From: Octopus sinensis
Lineage: Eukaryota
Assembly: GCF_006345805.1 (NCBI RefSeq)
Contig: NC_043006.1
Coordinates: forward strand, 34,472,001-34,536,000
Reading direction: 5' to 3'
DNA: 64,000 nt
Below, in pieces: positions 1 to 13,529 of the stretch. The notes beneath the pieces are model-generated. The model searched no databases, was not told where the DNA came from, and saw nothing but the letters and a program-made list of their open reading frames with translations. The position numbers were made by a program, and so were the translations under genes. How positions within the stretch are numbered: the first letter of the stretch is position 1; each line of letters begins with the position of its first letter.

Positions 1-349
1 AGTGCTCCAGCATGCCCACAGTCAATTGACTGGAAAAAGTAAAAGAATAAAAGAATATAACTTTGGCCTAACATTTCAACCCCAACCCCACCCCACTCCT
101 CTTAGTGATAATATTTAACATGGGTACAAGGAAGCATGTTTAGGAGAGGAGAGCAGCATACAACTGATTATATTAATCCAGTGTATGAATGGTATCTTAT
201 TACAGTAATTGCCTGGGGTCTTATTTCTTCAGTCCAAGAACTGTGACATCAAACTCAAGCTAGAGGAGAAACTGAACTTAGAAAGTAAAGGGACATAACT
301 ATTGACAAGTATTTTGCCAGTCATTCTTTTCGTTCTGCTGCTAATAACA

Positions 350-900
350 ATAATAATTATTTTATTGGCCACAAGGGCTCACATACAAAACATCAAAAGA
401 CATGCAACAACATAAAAGACAAAAACAGGAAAGAATGGGGTTTTGCGTGTATACAATGTAATACCAAAACAGTGGAACAAATTAAACTCCCAATAAGGGA
501 GGCGCTTTAAGGTCCTCATGGAAAAACTCACAAAAGCCACAGGTGCCTGAACAACAGGGCAAGAGCCCTTCTTCTTTTTTACAGGTGCAAGCTCAGAATT
601 GGTCCTTTCACACTGGCTATTCTTCCAACATTCACTCACCTTTCAACAAACTTACTACAAGGCAAAACTTCCCTCTCCATCCTCAACTTCCTTCTCAAGT
701 GAAACTTGAGCAAGTTGATGAGGGCTTGGCCAAAGAGGAAAGTATCTGTGCTTTAGCCCTTTCAAATGGGTCCACCATACTACCTCTTTTGCTACAGCCA
801 CCAGACAAATAAAAATTGCCTGCTTCTCCTAGCCAAAAGAGGGCGGTGGAGCAATCTTCACAATGGATTTAGCTGATAGCCGGATCCGTCCCACACATGA
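350..900 (-). mobile_element. 3' end of a decayed Tx1/L1-like LINE (ORF2 C-terminus, 3' UTR, AATAAA)
   Basis: Minus strand gives broken peptides AIFICLVAVAKEVVWWTHLKGLK and LINLLKFHLRRKLRMEREVL, resembling L1/Tx1 ORF2 C-termini; ends CCCTTGTGGCCAATAAAAATAAT. Confidence 0.5.
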
Positions 901-904
901 CAGC

Positions 905-1088
905 TTTGACTAAAGGCAGTGCTTCAGCACCGCCTTTAGTCGAAGCATTCAAACCCAGGAATTATTCTTTGCAAGCCTAGTACTTGGCTATAGTAGAAGT
1001 CACTTGCCCAAGGTGCCATGCCATGGGACTGAACCCGGAACCATATGGTTGGGAAGCAAGCTTCTTACCACACAGCCATTCCTGCGCC
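905..1088 (-). mobile_element. tRNA-derived SINE family A, internally deleted
   Basis: Same head (GGCGCAGGAATGGCTGTGTGGTAAG...GGTTCAGTCCC...ACCTTGGGCAAGT) as the copies at 2633-3032 and 41327-41713. Confidence 0.85.
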
Positions 1089-1644
1089 TATTTGTTTATA
1101 TTATTTTGAATTAATCATGCATTTTCTCATAACTTTGAGATTTTGATGATGTGGTTGCTTATTTTTAGAAGGACATTGTAGAGGAAGTGTGAGAGGCCAA
1201 ATCTAGCTGGTTTGGACATGTAACGGGTAAGATATTTTGGCCGGATACGGCTGCTTGAAATGCAAAAGGGTGAATGGTTTCAGATTTTGGCACAAAGCCA
1301 GCAATCTTGAGGAAAGTGAGTTAGTTGATACCACTGACCCTTCTACTTGACCGGTACTTTATTTTATTAACCCCAAAAGGATAAAAGGCAAAGCTGACCT
1401 CAGTGGGACTTGAATACAAAAAGCCAGAAGAAATACAACAAAGCATTTCTTTATTTTGACTCTCAACTCTATTTCTGCCAATAATCACTAGTGCAGCAGG
1501 GGCAGTCCACCCTGGGCAGCAACTTTAGAGGGGCACCACTTTTGGGTCTGCTGTAGGTAATATGTGTTTTATGTGGGGTCAAGGGGTGGCAAATGGAAGG
1601 ACTGCTCCTGGTGGCACACACTAGCTACACCAGTGCCAATAATC

Positions 1645-1852
1645 TTTTCTACTTTTAGGCACAAGGCTCTAAATTTTTGGGAAGAGGACCGGTTGATTAG
1701 ATCGACCCCAGGAAGCAACTGGTACTTAATTTATCGATCCCGAAAAGATGAAAGGTAAAATCAACCTCGGCAGAATTTGAACTCAGAACGTAAAGACAAA
1801 TGGAATATCGCTAAACATTTCACCTGACGTGCTACCATTTCTGCCAGCTCAC
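1645..1852 (-). mobile_element. tRNA-derived SINE family B (central GGTCGACTTTGCCTTTCATCCTTTCGGGGTCGATAAA domain)
   Basis: Reverse complement of the copy at 5566-5772; decayed copies also at about 1280-1480, 3200-3400, 3430-3610, 17315-17530, 39490-39695 and 53357-53640. Confidence 0.85.
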
Positions 1853-2632
1853 TAGCTATGCTAGTGCTAATAACGTTTCCTTTCTTAAATGTCACATGGG
1901 GGCGGGAGGGGGTGTAATGGATGAGAGACTCAGGCAATATCCAAAAACAGTGTGGGGTTTTGTGGGCATTAAAAAATCAAAACCAAAATTAAATGAAATA
2001 TAAAAAAACATAATAGTATTTTCTTATAACAATACTAATAAATAATAATTATAACAATAATAATGACAATGATGATAATAATGATGACAACCATGATAAT
2101 GAAGTATATTTTCAATTTTCTGTGAATTATAATCCAAATCTTGAATTATAATCCAAGTCATTAGTTAGAATTATCTTTTCACTGTGTCCCCAGAAAAGAC
2201 TATCCAGCTAGAGGCAATAATTCTTAGCAATCATGTTGGAAGATAAAATTACAAGGGAGATAACCTATTGACATAAATAATTAGATTAACACATCCAGTA
2301 AGCATAGAATTCAGTCACACAAGTTCACAGACACCTAAACACACACACGTGTACAATCAATCGTGATGGTGAATAAATATTTGTATTAACAGTTTGAGTC
2401 AAAGTTAAATAACCCAATCAGCTCTGTCCAAATTGATGTAACACAGGTTGATCACCCTCGAGGTGTGAACATTAAATTCATCCCTATCCATCCCTACACA
2501 AGTTGCTTTAGTGGTTGGTTGGTTGGGTTTGCAGGCTAGGCTATAGGACAGCAGTCACATGTTGCTTCTCCCCTGGCATTGTCTGGACCACACAAATTGG
2601 ACTTGAACTAAAATATTCTTAAAACTTTTCAT

Positions 2633-3032
2633 CACTCTTTTACTCTTTTATTTGTTTGTCATTTGACTGCAGCCATGCTGGAGCACCGCCTTTTAGTCGA
2701 ACATATCAATCCCAGGACTTATTGTTTGTAAGCCTAGTACTTATTCTATCGATCTTCTTTTTTTTGCCAAACAGCTAAGTTACGGAGATATAAACACACC
2801 AGCATTGGTTGTCAAGTGATGAAGAGGGGGACAAACATACACACACATACATACATATATATATATATACGATGGGCTTCTTTCAGTTTCTGTCTACCAA
2901 ATCCACTCACAAGGCTTTCATCTGCCCAAGGCTATAGTAGAAGACACTTGCCCAAGGTTCCACGCAGTGGGACTGAATCCAGAACCATGTGGTTGGTAAG
3001 CAAGCTACATACCACACAGCCACTCCTGCGCC
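2633..3032 (-). mobile_element. Near full-length SINE family A (pol III A/B boxes, CORE-like ACCTTGGGCAAGT, internal TA/CA tract, GAGTAAAA tail)
   Basis: Matches 41327-41713 end to end. Other copies at 1-58, 4430-4790, 6223-6556, 10365-10512, 23230-23405, 23662-24030, 24995-25150, 27990-28525, 52120-52283, 54840-55218 and 55355-55653. Confidence 0.9.
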
Positions 3033-3629
3033 AGGTAAAATAGTCTGATCTAATCACTTACATATTGATCATCATTTAACACCTGTTTTCCATGCTGGCA
3101 TGGGTTGGACGGTTTCTGTTATCTGATGTGGCATGATTTCTATGGCTGGATGCCCTAATGGTATTTACCTAATTCCTGGAAATGTTAAGAGAAAAGTAGT
3201 GGGTTGGCAGAATCATGAGCACACTGGAATAGATACTTAGCAGCCTTTTTTTTTTCGACTCTACATTCTGAGTTCAAATCCTGCTGAGGTTGGTTTTGCC
3301 TTTCATCCTTCCAGGATCAATAAAATAAGTACCAGTTGAGCATTGGTGTTGATGCCATCTACTGACCTCCAAACCCCATTTTATCCAGCACTCTTGAAAT
3401 TATGAAAAAAAAAAAAAGGAATAATTGTTTCCACCTGGGCATAAGGCCAGTAATTTTGATGGGAGGGTGTTTAGTTGAGGCCTTCAACCCTATTATTCAA
3501 CTGGTACTTTATTTTATTGACTCGAAAGGGACAAAAGATTAAGTTGACCTTGGTGGGATTTGAACACAGAATTTAAATAGCTGGAGAAATTAAAACAAAT
3601 ATTTGGTTTGACATTCTATTGATCCTGCT

Positions 3630-4060
3630 AAATAATAATATGGAGTAACAGAGAACTGGTATGAGCATGTACCAAGTAAAGTTATGCAGGAGGGTGGAGA
3701 AGTAATGATATTCTGGGACAATGATTTTCAGACGGATCGTGTAATCGAACACTCTCAGACAGGATATTGTCAAATTAAATAAGAGAGACAAATACTGTCA
3801 GATCATTGATGTAGCCATATCAAATGACATGAATGTTGTGAGTAAAGAGGTTAAAAAAAATCATCAAGTACTCCGAATTGAAAGTGGAAATGACAAGACT
3901 GTATGGAACGCGAGAGGGCAATGTAAAAGTGATATCAATGGTGATCAGAGCAATGGTGATCTTCAAGACTTGTGAAATCAAAAATCAAATCAAAGCAAAA
4001 GCCACTACAGAGCTGGACTGGAACAGCAAGAGTGAAGAAATAGGAGAGAATTATGCCATG
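3630..4060 (+). mobile_element. R4/Dong-clade non-LTR retrotransposon, decayed restriction-like endonuclease C-terminus
   Basis: Translates with frameshifts to WYEHVPSKV..IFWDNDFQTDRVIEH..DIVKLNKRDKYCQIIDVAISND..KYSELKVEMTRLYG, matching the R4/Dong RLE pattern WYEH-P...QTDR-I...PDIV...IIDVA-P-D...KY-DL. Confidence 0.8.
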
Positions 4061-5565
4061 TAAAATATTTTACTGAAAGACTGAGTTACAAATTGATGTA
4101 ACAAAACAGATCATTGTCCTCAGAAACATTCTTTATAATCAGACATTCTGTTGGACGATGACGTTTAAGCAAACCCACCAAATATCTTCAAGTTTTTGGT
4201 GTAAGATTAGATTTATAGCAATAGAACATGTTGACTAAATATTATCTGGCCACACCTTGCTCTGTTATCGAGCCATTTTATGTGTATATGTGTGTATATA
4301 TGCACACAAACAGCCATACACCAAAGCTTTCTTTCTTTTTTTTGTTAGAAAAAATACTGTATCAAGTTTGTTTTTCTTGTGATAGAAAAAGAGTTTGATG
4401 AATGTGCAAATTTTCAGTGACTGTACAGTAAAGACGTTTGTGCCCAAATCACATGGTCCTGCATTCAGTCCCACCACCAGGAACACTGGGCAAGTGTCTT
4501 CTATTGTAGCCTTAGGCCAACCAAAGACTTGTGCATGGATTTGGTAGACAGAAATTGAAAGAAGACTATTGTATATGTGTCTTTGTTTGTTCCTCCCACC
4601 ATTGCTTAACAACTGATGTTGGTGTGTTTATGTCTCCATAAATTCAGCAAAAGAGGCCGATAGAATAATTACTAGGCTTACAAAGAATAAGTCCTGGGGT
4701 CACTTTCTTCAACAAAAAATAAAAACCTTTAAGGTGGTGCTCCAGCATGACCACATTCCAATGACCGAAGCAAGTAAAATAATACCTTTAACACTTTTAC
4801 TCTGTGTGCGTAAGCAAAAGCACAGTATTGTAGTCACTCGTATTTGTCTGTGTGTTTGCAAAATTACTGGAAAACGTCTGAATGGATTTTCACCAAATTT
4901 GGCAGAAATACTCATTGGGTGAGTGGCTCGAAATGATGAACATTTGGTTTGATTATCTTCAAAACTGGAGGACGGATGAATCAAAATGTTTTGACTGCAG
5001 ATTTTTTGCAAAAGAATTTATGTGCAAGCAGGATATGCATCATTCTGGCATGTTCTCAGCACAAAAATCTATTACTAACACATAAAAGCATGTATTATGT
5101 TTATCAAATATTACTTATCTCTCACTGGATGGAGTACTTTTTTGTTGACCATAATATCATGGAACAGTACAGACATACATACATATATATATATCATTTC
5201 AACTGACCCTCATCTGCGTGTGTATAGATCATGGTGTACCTATACACATAGACATGTGTGGGTATATACATACATAAATACATAGATATGCGACTTTGTG
5301 TGTGTGTGTGTGTGTGTAGTGATAGATCTGAGGTTTCCTTTTTGAGTTGATTTTTAAAAAATTTCACCAGGATATAAATACCTATAATAGTGATACTTAA
5401 GAAAAAAACAAAAAAACAAAAACAAATTTCCCAATAAGTAAGTGGTCATATTATTTATATCCTGCAATGACCTACAGTATGTTTGATTTGCCTGCCATCA
5501 GTGTAAGACATTGAAAACACTTCTCAATTTTCTACGAAATATTTTATCAAGTCAATTTTTTAAAG

Positions 5566-5772
5566 TTGTCGAGCTGGCAGAAGCGTTAGCACGCCGGGCG
5601 AAATGCTTAGCGGTTTTTCATGTCTTTACATTCTGAGTTCAAATTCTGCTGAGGTCGACTTTGCCTTTCATCCTTTCGGGGTTGATAAATTAAGTACCAG
5701 TTGTGTACTGGAGTTAATCTAGTCGATGGGCCCCCTCCCCAAAAATTTCAGGCCTTGTGCCTAGAGTAGAAA
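5566..5772 (+). mobile_element. SINE family B, well preserved
   Basis: GAGCTGGCAGAAGCGTTAGCACGCCGGGCG head, B box GAGTTCAAATTC, central GAGGTCGACTTTGCCTTTCATCC; near-identical copies at 57688-57895 and 58555-58745. Confidence 0.9.
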
Positions 5773-6039
5773 ACAATATTTTATCAAGTCTACTTTTAGC
5801 TGTCATCTACTTAGGCTTCTAATCCACTTTTAGTCAAACACTTACAAAACTTAATTCAGTTTAATTAAAAAGCATGGGTAAGTAATACACTGTAAGCCTC
5901 ACTATAATTTGCGAAAAATATTTATCTGCACGCAAGGTATGCATTGCCCCTCCAATGCCTTTTTTTCATTTTTTATATAAATTCTATTTTTTTTCTTCCC
6001 TGTTTTGTTTGAGCAAGGGTTTAGGGCAACAAATTGACC

Positions 6040-6217
6040 TGAGAGCCAGCAAGCTCAAAGCCAGATAAAAGAGCCAGTAAGCAAAGGCCAAATGAAAGAG
6101 ACAGCAAGCAAAATCCAAAGGTTAATCCAGTCTGAAGAATCAATGAGGATAAATCAGTATGAAGAGCCAGTGAGCTCAAGTCAGTATGAAGAGCCAGTGA
6201 GCTCAAGACAGTATGAG
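6040..6217. repeat. Degenerate ~27-bp minisatellite (TCAGTATGAAGAGCCAGTGAGCTCAAG)
   Basis: Two exact units at about 6154-6207 plus several degenerate upstream units. Confidence 0.75.
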
Positions 6218-7659
6218 TTAATAGGCGCAGGTGTGATTGTGTGGTAAGAAGCTTGCTTTCTAACCACATGGTTCTGGGTTCAGTCCCACTGCATGGCACC
6301 TTGGGAAAATGTCTTCTACTGTAGCCAAAGCCTTGTAAGTGGATTTGGTAGATGAAAATTGTAAAAAGCCACTTGTGTGTGTGTCTGCTCCTCACTACAG
6401 CTTGACAAATGGTGTTGGTGTGTTTAAATCCCCTGTAACTTAGTGGTTCAGCAAAAGAGACCAAGAGAATAACTGCTAGGCTTAAAAAAAAAATTCAAAG
6501 CAGTGTTCCAGCATGGCCACAGCCAAATGACTAAAACAGGTAAAGGATAAAAGATAATGTGTTTTACTCTGAGCTAATTTAGCTGATCGATAAGGCCAAT
6601 AGCATGTTGCACTGTATTACATGCAACACTGAGCTACAAATATAATGAAATGCATTGGAAAACAAAGCTACAATAGTTGATAGTTAAATCCCCAAGAAAA
6701 GAGTCAAGGTGTTATTTAATTGACTTGGAATTGAAAAATGCTAAAACACTTGGCAATTTTCTCAAAAGCAATGCTTAATAGAAAGAATGTGAAATAACCA
6801 ACAAACCAACGCCCATTGAATGCTTTCTTTTTCATACATTTTTTTTTTTGTATTTTTAAATTGTAGTTTTGTGGTATAAAGGAAAACAATTGCATAATTA
6901 TTTCTAGTAAGAGACAGCCAATAGAATGGGTTCTAATTTTAGAATACATTGTTGTACTCTTTTTAGTGGACATGAGAGAAGAAAAGGGAGAAAAATGAAT
7001 GATGTTCTAATGTAAAAATGCTATAAATATGGTCAAGAATTTCAGAGTGTATATTTTATACTGATACAGAACTTTCCAGACTGACAGGAGTCAGTGTTGA
7101 CAATGTTATGAATGGTGGGGATGCTAACTGTTGATGTGTGGGGGTAAAAATAATAATAATAAGAAGAAGAAGAAGGGATGAGGAAAGGAAAAGAAGGTGA
7201 CAAAGGATACTTTGACTAAAAGATGGCAAAAGAAGGATGGGAAGAAGACAAAAGAAGAAAACAAAAGCAGGGAAAAGATGGAATGAATAATGAAGACAGG
7301 AAATGGCAAAAACAGGCAGAATAGGGACAACAGTTGCAAAAACAAAAATATTGGTATCCATTTACAACCAAGTGAACTGAGTCACTAGATTAACAGCACA
7401 CCACAACAGTGGTAAGATGAGCCAATGCAGAAATCTGTATGTGGTTGCTCAACATGCTAGAAGTAGCAGCCAAATCTCTTTCAAATCACACTTTATCATC
7501 TTCAAAAAGGAAGAACTCTTTGAATTATCTTGTCCTACATATCATCATGTCACAAATGGGGTAATCAGGATTAGAATGATTTTCGTTAATAGGTTTATTG
7601 CATAGGATCTTTGGAGTAATGTTATTTGACGGAATGGGTAGCCTGGAGATCAAGGAGTC

Positions 7660-7960
7660 TCCCCAGGTCAAACAAACTATTTCTCCACATTGAGAGGCAA
7701 CAGTTCTAGTGCTATGGACATGTGATCAGTGTTGAAGGAAAGGCTCACGAGATGGATTCTTCAAGCTGAGCCAACCAGCTGGAGATCTAAGGGCAGACCA
7801 AGGATGAGATGGTTGGATGATATCCACAGTCTTAGGTGGTCATGCTTGGGAATCCAGCCAGAAAGTGTCATGACAGCTGCTGCTGATAGGACCCTACAGT
7901 GGAAGAGTCTGAGGACTTTATTCCCATGACCTTTCCAGGGCAAAGAATATGGATGGAAGG
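7660..7960 (+). mobile_element. RTE-clade LINE ORF C-terminal fragment
   Basis: YGHV...ERLTRWILQAEP...RSKGRPRMRWLDDI...AADR, the typical RTE C-terminal GRP-RW-D motif. Confidence 0.8.
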
Positions 7961-8169
7961 ATGGTTTACTGAGGACTCAGCTAAGGATAAATAACAATAC
8001 TAAGAACAATAACTATCAGTGACAATGATAAAAAAAACATCTGATCCTTCAGCCAGTCGTTCAACCCTTTATAAACCCAACTATCCATGACTCATCTGGA
8101 ATAAACTCAGTTATATATTATTATTAGTATTGATATATCCAGGGTGGTAGAATGGCAGAGTCTGAAGCA

Positions 8170-8644
8170 TTAACCCTTTCATTACTGTATTTATTTTGAG
8201 ATGCTCCATGTTATCTTTCAATTACTTTAAATATAACAAAGAATTTAGTAAAATAACTTATTAAGCTAGTGTTAGGAATATAAATTGTGACTACGGTTTG
8301 GTGGAAGATTTTAATTCAGAACTTTTGAAAACAAGACATTTGTACTCAGAGCCAAAGCCAGTTACAATTGGGTGGGTATCGAAAGGGTTAAGAATTGTTT
8401 CTCTATTATATATTTTAACCCTTTTTCTTACTATATTTCTGTTGAGATGTTCTGTGTTTCTTTCAATTAATTTTAAATATAACAAAGAATTTAGTACAAT
8501 AACTTAGTTATCATTAAGCTAGTGTTAGGAACATAAATGTAACTAAGGTTTGGTGGAAGATTTTTATTCAAAACTTATGAAAACAAGACATTTGTACTAC
8601 AGAGCCAGAAGCAGTTTCTGCTGGGTTGGTAACGAAAGGGTTAA
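8170..8644. mobile_element. Tandem dimer of a TTAA-flanked piggyBac-like MITE
   Basis: Two units TTAACCCTTT...AAAGGGTTAA (8170-8391 and 8415-8644) separated by a 23-bp spacer. Confidence 0.8.
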
Positions 8645-9084
8645 ACTAAAGGTCTTGCATTTTGTTATAACCTTTTCCAATTTTCTTATCCTTCCAGGCT
8701 CAATGAAATAAGTAGTAACTAAAAAAACAAAACAAAAAAACTGGGATTATCCAATTAAATGCACTCTTTACCTTGAGAGAATTTTTGAATTTGCACAAAG
8801 TTAGAAATCATTATTTAAGGTTGTTAGGACCCCAATGGAAGTTTTAACTTCCCTTCAAGAATTGTGAACAAGTCTTCTTTCTCCAAGTGATTGACTGCAA
8901 CCAGAAATTACAGGAACAAGGAGTAAGTGAACTGAAATGGTTTGAATGGGTATTGAATTCACATTACAGTCTCAGGTTTTTGACACTGCTGTCACCACTC
9001 TTCCAATTCTTGTTACTTATACACACTAAACACTATCATTTTATTATTATTATTTTTATATTTTTTACAGCAAAATCCTTTCTT

Positions 9085-9415
9085 AGAAAATTACTATTTT
9101 TAAATCTCATAACATGAGATATTCAGCAACAGTACTTTGTAGTAAAGATTGCTTGCCAACATAACATGGCAGTCCTGATTTAGGACTAATGCTACTGTAA
9201 TTTAACCCTAGGAAATATCATCTCCAGTTGGCTATATGACACAATCTGTGTCCTTATATTTTTGAACAAGGTAATCTAGCATCCCCACTCAGCTCAAAAC
9301 AATACCCAGAAATCGTGATATACAGATATTATTTTGAGCTGAGCAGAGATGCTAGATACCCTTGTTCGAAAATGTAAGGACATAGATCGTGTCGTATAGC
9401 CAGCTGGAGATATAA
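9085..9415. mobile_element. Penelope-like terminal fragment with inverted duplication (same family as 19235-19620)
   Basis: About 9220-9303 is the reverse complement of about 9325-9412; shares blocks with the hammerhead-bearing element at 19235-19620. Confidence 0.65.
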
Positions 9416-9861
9416 GGCTTCATTTCCACACATGTCAGCTTAATTTAATTCGTGGAAGGACACCTGTTGTTACATCCTGTTATTATTATTTTTATTGTAT
9501 TTGTGTAACATTGTTTATTTCGTCCTTGTTTTTGTATGCATCTGCTGCTTTCTTCCAAGGAATATAATGCTCTTAGCTTAGTTTTTCCTTGGGACTGGCC
9601 AGATTGGAGCAATCTTGAGTATAATCAGCCGAAATTGCGAAGATAATCTGGTACTCGACTGAAGAAAGAAAACTCTGAATGACCCATCCTTGTTTTCTTT
9701 GTATCGTCTATCTGGATGTTTTGTTGTCCGATTTTGTATTTTATATACATAGCGGCGTACGTACACTTTGGTCTCTTATATATATATATATATATATAAT
9801 TTTAATCCAAAAGGGAAACAAAAAAACAACAACAACAGGAACAATTACAGTATTATTATTA

Positions 9862-9897
<36 letters not shown>

Positions 9898-10320
9898 CTC
9901 CTGGAATTTCTAATGTAGTATTATACTTAGAAGAAGGATAGTTATATTAATAAGGTGCTAGACAGCCAGCAAAAGAAAAAAAAGAGAAAGGTTAGCAGTT
10001 TGCATGTTATTCCTCCTAACTAGTTGTAATAGAAACTAAAGCACTTAACAATAAACAGACTACCACAGGGTAATATTACTGCTTACTACTGCAAGCAGTG
10101 GCAGCTTTGAAAAACTGATAAATGACTTGTTGGTTTTTCTTATGTTGAATTCAATTTCAAGAGAAGCTTAAATCACATCTGCTTCGAAATATGTCAACAC
10201 CATCACACTCAACTCTCTATACATGATACATTACTGCTTGTCTGAGTGTGTAGCACTGCTTCCAGTTCGTACTGAAATGCTAAGTTATGAGGCCATAAAG
10301 AAACCAACACCAATTGTCAA

Positions 10321-10321
<1 letters not shown>

Positions 10322-10368
<47 letters not shown>
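10322..10368. repeat. (TA)n microsatellite
   Basis: Perfect TA run. Confidence 0.95.
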
Positions 10369-10373
<5 letters not shown>

Positions 10374-13223
10374 GATTCCAGAGTTTCCATCTAACAAACT
10401 TTAGTTGGCCTAGGGCTATAGCAGATACTTGCCCAAGTTGCAGTGCAGTGTAACTGAACTTGAAACCAGGTGGTTGCAAAGTGAGCTTCTTAACAACATA
10501 GCCATGCCTGCACTTTTTGCTTTGGTAAGCATGGGAAATAACTCTGGATCTGTTTAGTTATATTCTGGCCTCATTAGCAAAACATAGCTTTTCAGCTCTA
10601 CTTGCCTAAGTAGTAATGAAAGAATTACAAAGTAGATGTACAAGATTGAACACTGGTTGGCATAGAAAAGCAGAAATGTTTAAAGATTAAACAATTTAGA
10701 AATGCGATCTTCATGAAAAACAATTGTCATGATAAACATATTTATTGCGTTACAATGCAACTTTAGTGTAATGACTTCTTGGAAAAGTTATATAATTTTT
10801 TTCCTCACAATTGTTATCATTATTATTATTTTTTTTCAATTTCTATTGTTGTTTCTTCCAAACTGCTACAACAACAACAAAACAAGATTGTTACTACAAT
10901 AGTTATTTCTACATTTTTATTGCCCAGATGAACTTAACCATTAATTGTTCTGAGGTCAATAAAATAAAGTATCAGTCAGTTGATTAAATTGGCTTACCTC
11001 CAGCGAGGAGAAAAGCTACAATTAACTTCAGCAGGGTTTGAACTCAAACTGAAGATGGACAGATCTATATCACGAAAGACAGTTTAACTCTTGACAATTT
11101 ACAATATCCAATGGCCTTATTAAGAAATCGTTTATTCAATACATCTGATTCCAGTGTGTAGGTGATTTGGTTAAAATGTAATATAACACAAGAGCACCCT
11201 CAAATGCTGACTTCTTGAAGAATGTTCACAGAAAATGAAATTGAATACTTTCATTTATCATATAATCTACTTTTAGACACATACAACTGAACATGACTAA
11301 ATCTGTGTAAAATAAAGTTGTTAAAAAGTTTATGTAAGGATTCCTTACATATGCTCCACATAAAGTTTGTATTTTAAAACTAAATAAAATAAATTATTAT
11401 GGAGTCTATCTAATGATTATTTACATAACACAGGTTCTTACATTTCAACTGTTAACCTCCAAACAAATGAGGGTGATACTATGCAGCTGGTTGATCTCCT
11501 AGAAATAGCAGTTAAGTAATTCACTATCAGATCACATCCTATCATTTTCAAGAAAGTAGGACACATTGGATAATATAGTTTCCTGACAAAATGTCAGGAT
11601 GATCATGGTAGCAATTCTATTGATCATAGATTTGCACAGTCAGGACTGACCTGAAGCTAAACAGAAGCCTTTTGCCTTCATAGCAGTATATTAAACACTG
11701 ATATCATTCATAATAAAAAGTATATAAAATAAATTCTTACAAAGCCATTATAACTACCACCACCACCACCACCACGACCATCATCATTTACCATCCATGT
11801 CTCATGCTGGTATGGGTTGGCTGGTTTCTGGATCCAGTGGGTCCAAGGACTGCATTGTCATCTACTGTCTGTTTGGCATGGTTTTTACAACTGGATGTCT
11901 TCCATAATGCCAACCACTTTGCAGTGTGTACTGAGTGTTTCTTTTCATGCCACCAGCACCAGTGTGGTTGCCATGCAACTTGAAAGATGACACACGCTGA
12001 GTGAGGGGTGGGAACTTAAAGATCATAAAATAAGGAGTGAGTGACAAGTATGAGAGAAAAGGGCCAGAGCAGAACGGGTTTTTGGCCAGAGAGGAGTAGC
12101 ATGACTAGAGTCTATCTAACAATTTCTTACAGAAGCCTAAAACTCCAGATATAAATATTTCGCATTCATAACAGTCTTACCGTATCAAAGTTTTCATATT
12201 TCAAAGCTATTTTGTTAAAGAATTTATCAATTAATCTCTTAGATATGCCTCAGACTTAAATGTGTAGATACTTTCACACCCTAAAAACTAAACGAGTAAA
12301 GATGCATTGGATAATATAGTCTTAGGTAATCTTGCTTGTCCAGCCAAATGGATGCTGATCATGGCTTCACTTATGAAGGGGTCTCAGAAGGGAAGACAAC
12401 TTTACTTTTTGTCAGTTCCTTACGACTTTGGAATTGTTGTCTGATTGAGTCTCTTACAAGTTTACAGTACAGCCCCCCCCCCATATTTCCAAGAAGGTTG
12501 GTGTATATTAATCAATTAATTAAATGTTAATCTAGATGTTACTATATTCATACTGAGACAGATGGAAATTAAAATTAAAACCCCAGTAAGACCTTAAAAT
12601 ACAGCTGGAGGTAGAATCTAAGTAGTGTCAAGAATTTAGTTTGGCACTCAATCAATTACTGTCTTTTCACCACCAGCAACACCACCATGGTGCTGCTGCT
12701 GCTGATGATGATGGCGGTGGCATAGGAAAAAGAAAGTTTTTGGTGGGCGTTTCTAAGAATCAAAAATTAAATCCAAGAACTTGCCAGCTGCACTTCCTTG
12801 CTTTTCATACAATGACCTAGTTTGTTATATATTTAGAAAAAACATACTTGTGTGTGTGTGTGTACATACATATATATACACACACACACATACATATTTA
12901 TGCATGCAAGTATGTGTATGTGGGACATAATAGAAATTAACAATGTTGTAAAAAAATAAATTTGCACTCTCATGGGTGTATATTACAGAATTAAAGGGTG
13001 TTCTTTTTGTTGCTTATCCTCAGGTTAACTAAGACTGAGCAGAGCCAGGAGTTTTTACATGGACATTGTATATACCAAAGACAACATTGTTTAAAGTGTC
13101 TGCCTCCTCTCTTAAGACAGTAGGGTGTAATTTGAGGGAGGCTTGCCAAATATTGCTAAAACAGATTTTCCATGTTAGTTAAAAGTTAGATGATAATTTT
13201 AACAGGGATAAATAGATGCACCT

Positions 13224-13254
13224 ACTCACCTAAGAAAGGTAAAAGAAAAAAAAA
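13224..13254 (-). other. Candidate recursive splice site (3' acceptor fused to 5' donor), junction 13230|13229
   Basis: Minus strand TTTTTTTTTCTTTTACCTTTCTTAG|GTGAGT. Confidence 0.6.
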
Positions 13255-13529
13255 CCAACTATAATCTAAAATGTAAATAATTCTAATTTTTAGCACAAGG
13301 CCAGGAATTTTAAAGGGAGTGTGAAGTCAATCACATCAATTCAAATGTATATGAATAAAGAAGGAAAAACCTGTTTAATCATAGAAATTGCAGGTTCTGA
13401 TGATGACAGAGTATGAGAAAGAGAAGACAAGCGAGACATGATTTGAAATGGGAAATTAAAATACTGGGTTCGTTGAAGAAGTTGAGTGTTATATATATGT
13501 TTTTATTTGAGCTCTGGGTACAATAAGTA

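Noticed and set aside
631-645. AAG|GTGAGT donor on the minus strand
   Set aside because: Lies within a decayed LINE and has no pyrimidine tract or exon evidence.
9655-9695. CTGAAGA-containing hammerhead-like motif (also a GAAACGTGTC motif at ~54207)
   Set aside because: Core or stems incomplete; a valid fold cannot be drawn.
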